Shown: positions 1 through 7,423 of the stretch, piece after piece
Layout: each line of letters begins with the position of its first letter
How positions within the stretch are numbered: position 1 is the first letter of the stretch
NCBI GenBank assembly: GCA_030587475.2
Contig: JAUQYZ020000007.1
Span: 1-11,853 of the forward strand
DNA: 11,853 nt
Reading direction: 5' to 3'
Origin: Candidatus Sigynarchaeum calidifontis
GTDB taxonomy: Archaea; Asgardarchaeota; Lokiarchaeia; Sigyniarchaeales; Sigyniarchaeaceae
The notes under the pieces: model-generated
Seen by the model: the letters and a program-made list of their open reading frames with translations, nothing else
What the model was told of the DNA's origin: nothing
Database searches by the model: none
Position numbers and translations under genes: made by a program

Positions 1-577
1 ACCGGTCGCTGATCTGCTTCCGGATGATGAATTCAAGCTCTGAGGACAGCTTCTGGATCTCGACGCTATCGAGGTTCTCCAGTATCGCAGCGGATTCGGC
101 AGCGCTCTCCCCCTCGACCCCGATGCCGAGGATGGCGAGTATTTTCCTGGCAAGCTCCTCCTTGCGGTCATTCTGGGTAATGATAGCATCGAATGGCACG
201 ACCTTTGCCATGTAAAAGGAGAGCAAGAAGAATTCCTTGAGAAGGTATTCGACGACATCAAACCTTTCTTGCAATGCCGAGACAGCTTGCCGGGCGAATT
301 GGGCGATCCTCGCCGAGGCCACGAATCCCATCCCGGCGAGGAGGAGCTGCATCCGGGGCGTGTCCAGCTCCTTGTCGACCAGCCCCCGTACCACGTCCCG
401 CGAGACTGTCAAGCCCAGCACGTCGTTGAAGAAGTCACACAAGACGGGAAAAAAAGCATCTTTATCGCTCGCGGCCTTGCTATCTGGCGAGGTTATGGCA
501 CGAGGAAGATCGTCCATGGCCATCATGAAATCACGGCGGGACACGAGAACCTTGGTTTTTACCAGTTTTTTATCCAT
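1..577 (-). CDS. Hypothetical alpha-helical protein, last visible gene of the MoxR-vWA operon; C-terminus runs off the left edge
   Basis: Not in the ORF track because its stop is outside the window. Hand translation from ATG at 577 is open to position 2 (192 codons): MDKKLVKTKVLVSRRDFMMAMDDLPRAIT...NDRKEELARKILAILGIGVEGESAAESAAILENLDSVEIQKLSSELEFIIRKQISDR. The start overlaps the end of the vWA gene by 19 nt. Confidence 0.85.
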   Translation of the reverse strand, partial: MDKKLVKTKVLVSRRDFMMAMDDLPRAITSPDSKAASDKDAFFPVLCDFFNDVLGLTVSRDVVRGLVDKELDTPRMQLLLAGMGFVASARIAQFARQAVSALQERFDVVEYLLKEFFLLSFYMAKVVPFDAIITQNDRKEELARKILAILGIGVEGESAAESAAILENLDSVEIQKLSSELEFIIRKQISDR

Positions 578-2328
578 TTTTTCGTTACCCCCCAGGTGAA
601 ATGCTTCCTGGAGAATTGCTTCGCGAACTCGATGATTTCCTTCCAGTCCGATATGTTGTGGTACTCGAACCCGAAGGACTCGAGCACGGCGATGGCCTTC
701 TTGGTCTTTTCTTGCATGTACGGCAGGCGCAGGAGCAAGGAACCCTTTGCTTTGCCCTTTTCGATTGCCCGAGCGAGCGTGTCGCGGCCGGATTTTTTCT
801 CTATGACGCCGGCCTTGTTCTTCGCTGTATATGGTTCGATCATCGACGAGATATCATCGTCGCTAACGACGAGGATGTGAACCGGCGGGGCATCCAGGGG
901 CCGTTCATCGTATCTTTCCAGGATCTGGCACGGGAACTGCGTGCCATCGCCGAAATAGTGCAAGATGGTTTGCAAGATCTCGTCTTTGCTCCGGGAGAAA
1001 CCCCTGGTCGCCATGGCCTGGTTCGGACCAGAGTACGACGTGACTTGCACGGCTGCACCGGCGCGGAGCGCGGACAGCGCGATGATGAACGATGCGATGA
1101 CCGGATAGGAGACCACGTACATGGGATGACCGATCGAGCCCGATGAATCGAGATAGATGTCAACGTCGACCGGCACCTTCTGTTGCTCGCTGCCCTTGTC
1201 CTCGCCGAACACGACCTTTCGCGTCGTTATGCCCGGGATGATGACCGGCGATTCCTTGATGCTCTCGAGGATGTCGAGCTGGTCGAGGTCCTCGCCGGTC
1301 GTCCACGGTTCGGTACCCTCGTGGATAGGCTCGGCCGTGGCCTTGTTGACGGTCGGGAACGGCACCACGTGCGGCAGCGCGAGTTCCGTGTAATACTGTA
1401 TGAGCGCCTTGTTCTCCTCGATATCATCCAAGGCGCCAATGGTGGCAAGCGTGTTGATGTAGTCGGTTGGCAATCTTGGTTGAGTTCCTTGATCCTGGCC
1501 GCCGGTGCCTTCCTTGAACATGCCATCGAGCGCCCCGTCGTAGTTCAGCTGGCCAGGCTTGCTGGCCTCCTCGTCGGACACGCTGGCGAAGCCCCAGATC
1601 TTGTCTAGGGAACCTTCGCCCGCGACGACCTTGTCGAAGGATGGCAACATCGATGCTGGTGATCCGATATCCGGCGGCACGTAGGCCTTGAAGATGTAGG
1701 CGAGATTCTTCAAGCAAGTGAACCAGTGCCTCGAATACGTGCGGAGGACGCGGGCGGATAGCTTGGCGTCGCGCTCGATGTCGGACGGGATTGCCTTGTC
1801 GGCGAGCGTGCCTCCGGGCAGTCGCCACAAGATCTCGTAGATGCGCATGTAGAGCGTCCAGAACTTGTCGGCGTTGCCGACCTTCCCGGCCTTGATCGTG
1901 GCATCCTTGAGGGCCTTGTAGACCTCATGCACGGGCATGCCACGCTGGGTGAAGAGAAAATCGTTGACGAGCAAGTCGGTGAAGATGTTAACGACGTAGT
2001 TGGCCCCGGATCCGGGAAACATGTTTGCTATGTAACTGACCAGCTTCGCATCGGCGAGCAGGTTGCCGGGCGCCAGCACGTGGTGCCCGACCTCGTGCGC
2101 GAGGATGATGTCGAGAAACGGCGCCAGCCCGGCAGCGTTTAACTCGGCCGCATTCACTTCGATCTTCAAGGTGGCCATCCCGAAGCGCGCGATCTCGCCT
2201 TGCATGCCCGCCTTCGAGATCACCTCGGCTTCCGAGAGCATGGCCGGGTCTTGCAGCCGGACGAACTTGCTCCACGTGTTCTTTGCTCTCTCCCACGGAT
2301 CGCCCGCCGGCTTGTCATCATTCGTCAT
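559..2328 (-). CDS. Zincin-like (HExxH) metallopeptidase domain fused to a C-terminal von Willebrand factor A domain, 589 aa
   Basis: LAHEVGHH (HExxH at 2083-2097) is followed by VVNIFTDLLVN, the N-x3-D-x2-VN helix typical of vWA-associated peptidase-like domains. The C-terminal half has an intact MIDAS: IYLDSSGS (1135-1149), GDGTQFP and ILVVSDDD. It sits in an operon with a MoxR ATPase. Confidence 0.88.
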   Translation of the reverse strand: MTNDDKPAGDPWERAKNTWSKFVRLQDPAMLSEAEVISKAGMQGEIARFGMATLKIEVNAAELNAAGLAPFLDIILAHEVGHHVLAPGNLLADAKLVSYIANMFPGSGANYVVNIFTDLLVNDFLFTQRGMPVHEVYKALKDATIKAGKVGNADKFWTLYMRIYEILWRLPGGTLADKAIPSDIERDAKLSARVLRTYSRHWFTCLKNLAYIFKAYVPPDIGSPASMLPSFDKVVAGEGSLDKIWGFASVSDEEASKPGQLNYDGALDGMFKEGTGGQDQGTQPRLPTDYINTLATIGALDDIEENKALIQYYTELALPHVVPFPTVNKATAEPIHEGTEPWTTGEDLDQLDILESIKESPVIIPGITTRKVVFGEDKGSEQQKVPVDVDIYLDSSGSIGHPMYVVSYPVIASFIIALSALRAGAAVQVTSYSGPNQAMATRGFSRSKDEILQTILHYFGDGTQFPCQILERYDERPLDAPPVHILVVSDDDISSMIEPYTAKNKAGVIEKKSGRDTLARAIEKGKAKGSLLLRLPYMQEKTKKAIAVLESFGFEYHNISDWKEIIEFAKQFSRKHFTWGVTKKWIKNW

Positions 2329-2344
2329 GGCATCTCATCTCCGC

Positions 2345-3916
2345 CTATACCGGCGGCCCATGGAAATGGATCGCGTGCGTGAACGCGTGCGTCGTGATGA
2401 TCTCGCGCGCGGTGACGTGGAACGACGTGACAGTCGCCGGATCGATGAAGCTGGGCACGCTGGTTGTCGTCTTGCCCGACGAGTCCAAGACGAGAATCGT
2501 GCCGTCGGACTGCAAGCATGCAAGGACACCATCGCACGCCGCCACCAGGGATTTGCCGTGCAAGGATGCGAGGTTAATGGCGGGCCCGGTGGTCGAGACC
2601 TCTTCAAGGTTCCATTCACGCTGGTTCTTGTCGCTCGTCACGATGGCGAGCCGGTCGTCATCGATCACTGCGATCGAGATGATCCGGATGCCGTCCTTGA
2701 TCTCGATCTTGGACACCGCATCATTCCTGGCCTTGTAAGCAATGCCGGTTCCCTGGTCGAGGAAAAACGCGGTCCGGCGCCCGGCAGCTGCGAGGACATT
2801 CCCGAACTCGCGCGTGATGGATCCCACGACGTGCCCGTCTTGCAGCGTAACGATGCTATCGTCCTGGTCGAGCCCGATCAAGCCGATATCCCGCGCGTGC
2901 GCCAGGGTCTTGCAAGTGGTGGTACCGAGCACGTGGATCCTGGCTCCCATGCCGCCATAATCCACGTGGAACAGCCGCCCGCTCGCGGTGCGAGCGATGA
3001 GGCTCGCTTCCGAGGGTATGCCGACCACGACGGGCGGCGAGTCGAACATCCCGCCGAACCCCTCGTAACTACCGGCCTTTCCGAGGAATTTAACCGATCT
3101 GGCATTTTTCACGGCCTTCGAGGCTGCTCGTGTCGCGAGTGATCGCGCGACATCGCCGGGAACGGCGGATTTGCCGTCGATTGCGATGCTGGCGAGCTTC
3201 AAGAAGGTTGGATCCTCGGAGATGATGGCCGGCGACAGCCAAGGATCGCTGGCGAGCGACGAGGTGATGATGTCATGCAACTGCGAGGCGACCGGCCGGG
3301 CGGTGATGGCAGAAAGTGCCAATTTCCCCTTGAACGCGGCAAGAGAAAGCACTTCCGGGGGCAATCGACCCTCGACAAGGATTTTCAAGGCATGGGCACG
3401 CCGTTTCGCGTCGCCTGCTAGCCACGCCGCGACGTGGATGATGGATTGCAAGTTGGCGAGGTGGCATGCAACAATATCCACGAGCTGAAACATGATCTCG
3501 TAGAAGGCCCGCGAGAGCTCGCGCAAATTTTCCCCGGCGTTGAATAGCAAGACGAACGGCTCGAGCGAGTTGCCGAGCAAGCCAGATCCGACGAGCCGCG
3601 GGGCGATCTTTTCGAAAAAGATCTCCTGGTCGACCGCCACGACGTGCTTGTCCGGGAATGCATAATACCGCTTCTTGATGGCGAGCAGCATGAGCTTGAT
3701 GATGGCGAGCACGGTCTCCTCGTTTTCGGGCCGCGGACATGACATGAAGCACGGTTCAGCGCAGCGCTCGAAGCCGAGACGGAGTTGCTGGCTCACGTGC
3801 TCGTCGATTAGTTGCCAGTGCTCAGCGACCATGTCGTTGATGGAAGCCCGGTGATCCATCACGAACTTGCGGAAGCGATCGTCGACCACGGTCTCTAACC
3901 ACGGAACTCGAGCCAT
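2345..3916 (-). CDS. Uncharacterised 523-aa protein with helical N-terminal half and beta-rich (possibly propeller-like) C-terminal half
   Basis: Long ORF whose start overlaps the ATPase gene end by 22 nt and whose stop is 16 nt from the vWA start. Central motifs SDPWLSP and GSYEGFGGMFDSPPVV. The C-terminus is short hydrophobic strands separated by D/G turns (e.g. LACLQSDGTILVLDSSGK). Confidence 0.8.
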   Translation of the reverse strand: MARVPWLETVVDDRFRKFVMDHRASINDMVAEHWQLIDEHVSQQLRLGFERCAEPCFMSCPRPENEETVLAIIKLMLLAIKKRYYAFPDKHVVAVDQEIFFEKIAPRLVGSGLLGNSLEPFVLLFNAGENLRELSRAFYEIMFQLVDIVACHLANLQSIIHVAAWLAGDAKRRAHALKILVEGRLPPEVLSLAAFKGKLALSAITARPVASQLHDIITSSLASDPWLSPAIISEDPTFLKLASIAIDGKSAVPGDVARSLATRAASKAVKNARSVKFLGKAGSYEGFGGMFDSPPVVVGIPSEASLIARTASGRLFHVDYGGMGARIHVLGTTTCKTLAHARDIGLIGLDQDDSIVTLQDGHVVGSITREFGNVLAAAGRRTAFFLDQGTGIAYKARNDAVSKIEIKDGIRIISIAVIDDDRLAIVTSDKNQREWNLEEVSTTGPAINLASLHGKSLVAACDGVLACLQSDGTILVLDSSGKTTTSVPSFIDPATVTSFHVTAREIITTHAFTHAIHFHGPPV

Positions 3917-5547
3917 TTCATGTAGTTGCTATACCGCTGGTGGAAATACTTGAGACGCAGCACGGTGTCGTATACATACGCTAATAGCTTGGAATCCTTC
4001 GAGAGCTTGACGATGGCATTCTCGATGGCCCCGAGACGCCGGTTGACTTCCGCCGCCGCGAGCCCGTCGAGCCCCTGGTTGAACTCTTGCTCGATTGATA
4101 TCAAGGGATCCGCGTGGTCCCAGTCCAGCTGCTCGTAGAGCTCGATGGCGCTGTCCCAGAGCTTGCGGATCCACGCGATGCGGTCGAGCGACAGTGCTTG
4201 CGAGGATTGGAAGACGGGGGATTCCAGGTTCGGAAAGAGCTTTTCCCGGAGCAGCCACGGCACGATTTGCCGCAAGTCATCGAGCCCGACTTCTGGATTC
4301 CCGCGGAAATAAGCCATTGCTTTCGCAAAATTGATGATCGTGAGCCTGGCGCGCACGCTGATGCCGTTCTGCGTCTGGCTGCACAAGTTCTTGATCTTGT
4401 CCCGCCCGCACTCGTTGCGACACACCTCGGACAAGGTCTTCCCGGCGAGGCGGATCACGTCCTTCGACTTGTATTCCAAGATTTCCGCGGCCAGGTCGCA
4501 AAAGTCGAATTGTGCCGTGAAAAACTCCAGCCGGCGCAAGACTGGCTTGGGGATCGGGATTTTCATTATGTCCTTGTAAGCCTGGTCGAGTTCTTCGGGA
4601 GTGAAGATGATGTCCTTCGGGACGAGGTTTTCCGGCTTTTGGCCCGACTCCACACGGTAGAGCAGGTCGTCGAGGAAGAAGCTATTGAAATTGAGGGCGA
4701 TCACGACGATATCCAGCCGGTCCTTCAGCGCCTCGATGACTTGGTACGTACCTCCCCCCAGGTCGTCATTCGCCGTCAAGAACCACGCACTCTCCCCAAT
4801 TTCAACAATCTGGTCAAGAATCTCGGCGTAGCCATCCGCAAGCAGCGTAAGCAGCGCGGACTGCGTCCGGGTTGGTATACGGTTATACTCGTCCACGATC
4901 TTGACGCGCATGTCTATCCATTTCCGCCATGCTATCTTGATCTCTTCCATTTGCCTTGCCTTGAGCAAGTCGCTGGGGAGTGGATTGCCCAGCAAATCCG
5001 AGATGGTCATCTGTGGCTGCCCATGCTGGATGGCTTGCTTGATCTGCTTGATAGAATAACCCGCGAGCAGGCCCATCAAGATAGCGGAAGCGGTCTTGCC
5101 ACGGCCTGGCCCACCGATGAACAAGCAGCGTTTCCTCACGAGGAAATTCAAGAGGGGTAGGAGCACGAACGACGAGTACGATTGGTCGGTAGGCAGCGTG
5201 AGCTTGGAACCGATGCCCGTGAACTTGACCTCGACCGGCGCCCTGGACGAGTTGAATTCTATGTCGTAGAACGGCGAGATGATGGCGTTGTTCACGATCC
5301 AGAAGTATGCCTTCCGGATCTTCTCGTCAGGGGTAACGATCCCCGCATCTTTCCCGGCAGTGTCTCGTGTCGTTGCCGTCGTTGCCGAACCGTCGAAGAT
5401 CTGGTTCACGTCGAACCGGGGCACCTCGATCCGCCTGGATGGCGGGTTCACGGGCGACGCCGAGACGTGCGTTGGATCCTTCGATGGCGGCGCGGGATCC
5501 ACTGCGGCGGGGACGGCGGGGGCTCGTGCCGTCTGTTTTTTTCCCAT
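3895..5547 (-). CDS. MoxR-family AAA+ ATPase, 550 aa
   Basis: Walker A GGPGRGKT; Walker B KIVDEYNR followed by the MoxR-like IPTRTQSALL; sensor I LTAN; arginine finger EALKDR; lid motif GISVR. Start moved from the ORF-track 5757 to ATG 5547 (MGKKQ...), because the extension overlaps the divergent gene and a TATA-like element lies 22-29 nt upstream of 5547. Confidence 0.92.
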   Translation of the reverse strand: MGKKQTARAPAVPAAVDPAPPSKDPTHVSASPVNPPSRRIEVPRFDVNQIFDGSATTATTRDTAGKDAGIVTPDEKIRKAYFWIVNNAIISPFYDIEFNSSRAPVEVKFTGIGSKLTLPTDQSYSSFVLLPLLNFLVRKRCLFIGGPGRGKTASAILMGLLAGYSIKQIKQAIQHGQPQMTISDLLGNPLPSDLLKARQMEEIKIAWRKWIDMRVKIVDEYNRIPTRTQSALLTLLADGYAEILDQIVEIGESAWFLTANDDLGGGTYQVIEALKDRLDIVVIALNFNSFFLDDLLYRVESGQKPENLVPKDIIFTPEELDQAYKDIMKIPIPKPVLRRLEFFTAQFDFCDLAAEILEYKSKDVIRLAGKTLSEVCRNECGRDKIKNLCSQTQNGISVRARLTIINFAKAMAYFRGNPEVGLDDLRQIVPWLLREKLFPNLESPVFQSSQALSLDRIAWIRKLWDSAIELYEQLDWDHADPLISIEQEFNQGLDGLAAAEVNRRLGAIENAIVKLSKDSKLLAYVYDTVLRLKYFHQRYSNYMKWLEFRG

Positions 5548-5568
5548 GGGATACCCTTCGCCCCGACG

Positions 5569-5576
5569 AATTATAT
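5569..5576 (-). promoter_or_regulatory. Putative archaeal TATA box of the MoxR operon
   Basis: Minus strand reads ATATAATT, 22-29 nt upstream of ATG 5547, in otherwise GC-rich DNA. The spacing fits a leaderless or short-leader archaeal transcript. Confidence 0.5.
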
Positions 5577-5691
5577 CGTTATCGCGCAGCGTTCCCGGTG
5601 ACGATCGTGGCTTCCCACGCGAAACTAAAAAAAGGGAGGAGTGCCTTCTCTCCTCGGTACGATTCCTTTTCGACCAGCCAAGCCGTGAACA

Positions 5692-5985
5692 ATGACGGAA
5701 GACGAGTCGTTCGCCGAGAATTTGAAGCGTGCCATCGCTCATCTCATGAAAGGCCACGTCGGGACGTGCCTGGTTCTCAGCAGCTACAAGGTGGCCGCAG
5801 TCCTGAAAGAAAACTTCGGGACGGATGTTAACATCAGTAAAGTGGGGCGATTTATCTCCCGGTTTGCCAAGCTCAACAACCTGGAACGTCTCGATACGAA
5901 CGTGCCAAAATTCAAGTTAGAACGAAAGGATTTCGACAAGATCAAGTTTGACTTGCCAAAATCCAAGATCGAGACGGCCGTGTGA
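5692..5985 (+). CDS. Small basic protein with a winged helix-turn-helix-like pattern, 97 aa
   Basis: ATG start; ends 7 nt before the selB ATG. Pattern read by eye: helix (FAENLKRAIAHLM), strand (LVLS), helix (SYKVAAVLKENF), turn (GTDVN), helix (ISKVGRFISRFAKLN), beta-hairpin (LERLDTNVPKFKL). Lys/Arg-rich. The fold is an inference. Confidence 0.72.
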   Translation: MTEDESFAENLKRAIAHLMKGHVGTCLVLSSYKVAAVLKENFGTDVNISKVGRFISRFAKLNNLERLDTNVPKFKLERKDFDKIKFDLPKSKIETAV

Positions 5986-5992
5986 GCGGTTC

Positions 5993-7423
5993 ATGAAAAA
6001 ACCAATCGTGCACGTCGGGCTTTTCGGCCACGTCGACAGTGGCAAGACTGCCATCGCGAGGGTACTCAGCGAGACGATCTCGACGGCGGGCCTTGACAAA
6101 CACCCGCAATCCAAACAGCGCGGCATCACTATCGATCTTGGGTTTACGTCGTTCGACCTGGGTAATGTCACGATCGCATTGGTCGATGCACCGGGCCATG
6201 CCGATCTCATCCGCAGCGCCGTGGCATCGGCGAACATCATCGACGTGGCCATCATCGTCATCGATTGCACGAAAGGCTTCGAGATGCAGACTGGCGAGCA
6301 CATGGTCGTGGTCGAGGCGCTCGGCGTTCCTCGATTCCTTTTCGCGTTGAACAAGATCGACCTGTTGCCCGACCAGGCGGCGATCGAAGACACGACCCGG
6401 CGCATCAAGACGTTCGTCGCTAAATCTGGAAAAGCTTTTGCAAACGCCCCCGTCATACCCGTGTCGGCCGCGAGCAAGCAAGGCTTCGAATTGCTCGTCG
6501 GGGAACTTGGAAAGGCCATTCAAGGCTTGTCCACTCGGCGTGACTCGGGCGCGCCGTTCATGATGCCCTTCGACCACCATTTCATCGTCAAGGGCTTCGG
6601 TACCGTGCTCACGGGCACGATTTTATCAGGCTCTGTGAAGATCGGTGATACCCTCGAGATAAGCCCGCTTGGCCTTTCCGGCAAGGTGAAGTCGATACAC
6701 GTTTTCAAGGAAGACGTGCCTCGAGCCGAAGCCGGCGACCGTGCTGGCATCGCGATCCCCGGCATCGACAACGACAAGCTCTACCGGGGATGCATGCTCG
6801 CGACGCCGGGCACGATCGCGGTCGCGCGCCACCTGCTCGTGCGGGGAAAACTCATCCCTTTTTTCAAGCACGAGATCGCGTTCCATTCCCAGGTCCACCT
6901 GGCCGCGGGCATGCTCACGGTCCCGGCCGAGATCTTTCCCTTCGAAACCAAGGATGGCGTGGACTTGGCGGTCGAATCCGTGGTAGCGGGTGGTGGCGAG
7001 TTCACGGCATATGTTCACGTGCGGGAGCCCTTGCCGTGCAAGCCGGGCATGGCGGTCTTGCTATCGAGGCTGGACCTGCCCCCGCAGGAACTGCGGGTCG
7101 CCGCCAAGGGCGCGATCGAGCGCATCCTGGAAGGGCCGCCCGTGCTTTCACGGCTCAAGGAGAAAGCCGGCCGCGTCAAGGACGGCAGCAAGGGCGTCGT
7201 CGAGGGCCTCGCCGAATCGATCGAGGGCGCGACCCGGCTCGTGGGCAAGCGTGTTTTCTATACGCGTGAAAAAGAAGGAAAACTTGTTGTGGTGGATGGC
7301 ACCATCGTTGAAACGTTCGGGACCAAGGGAAACGTGCGAGTGACATTCGACGGTGGGACGCCGCCAACGGGTACCGAGATCAAGATGGCATACCCGAAAG
7401 TGTTGAAATATTCAATTACTTGA
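5993..7423 (+). CDS. selB: Archaeal-type selenocysteine-specific translation elongation factor SelB, 476 aa
   Basis: G1 GLFGHVDSGKT; switch I QRGITIDLGF; DAPGHADLI; QTGEH; NKID; domain II DHHFIVKGFGTVLTGT; domain III RLDLPP; short archaeal/eukaryal domain IV ending in TFGTKG. These motifs follow methanococcal SelB closely, and there are no bacterial C-terminal winged-helix repeats. ATG 5993 is preferred over the ORF-track TTG 5948. Confidence 0.95.
   Translation: MKKPIVHVGLFGHVDSGKTAIARVLSETISTAGLDKHPQSKQRGITIDLGFTSFDLGNVTIALVDAPGHADLIRSAVASANIIDVAIIVIDCTKGFEMQTGEHMVVVEALGVPRFLFALNKIDLLPDQAAIEDTTRRIKTFVAKSGKAFANAPVIPVSAASKQGFELLVGELGKAIQGLSTRRDSGAPFMMPFDHHFIVKGFGTVLTGTILSGSVKIGDTLEISPLGLSGKVKSIHVFKEDVPRAEAGDRAGIAIPGIDNDKLYRGCMLATPGTIAVARHLLVRGKLIPFFKHEIAFHSQVHLAAGMLTVPAEIFPFETKDGVDLAVESVVAGGGEFTAYVHVREPLPCKPGMAVLLSRLDLPPQELRVAAKGAIERILEGPPVLSRLKEKAGRVKDGSKGVVEGLAESIEGATRLVGKRVFYTREKEGKLVVVDGTIVETFGTKGNVRVTFDGGTPPTGTEIKMAYPKVLKYSIT

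Noticed and set aside
2063-5160. Long plus-strand ORFs (e.g. 2063..3142, 4114..5160) antisense to the MoxR operon
   Set aside because: Shadow ORFs expected from GC-rich codon bias. They have no recognisable motifs and lie entirely opposite motif-bearing genes. The same applies to the other antisense and alternative-frame ORFs in the track.
5691-5722. AUGA...GA arrangement resembling a eukaryote-like SECIS core (ATGACGGAAGACGAGTCGTTCGCCGAGA)
   Set aside because: The helix is too short and irregular, there is no apical AA loop, it lies on a start codon, and no in-frame UGA selenoprotein is nearby.
5548-5757. 70-aa N-terminal extension of the ATPase in the ORF track
   Set aside because: It overlaps the divergent 97-aa gene and the intergenic hairpins, and a TATA-like box sits at the right distance from ATG 5547.
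5983-7423. UGA stops of the wHTH-like gene and selB as possible Sec read-through or selenium sensing
   Set aside because: Read-through would run out of frame over the next gene with no redox motif. No SECIS was found, and UGA is a common stop in GC-rich genomes.
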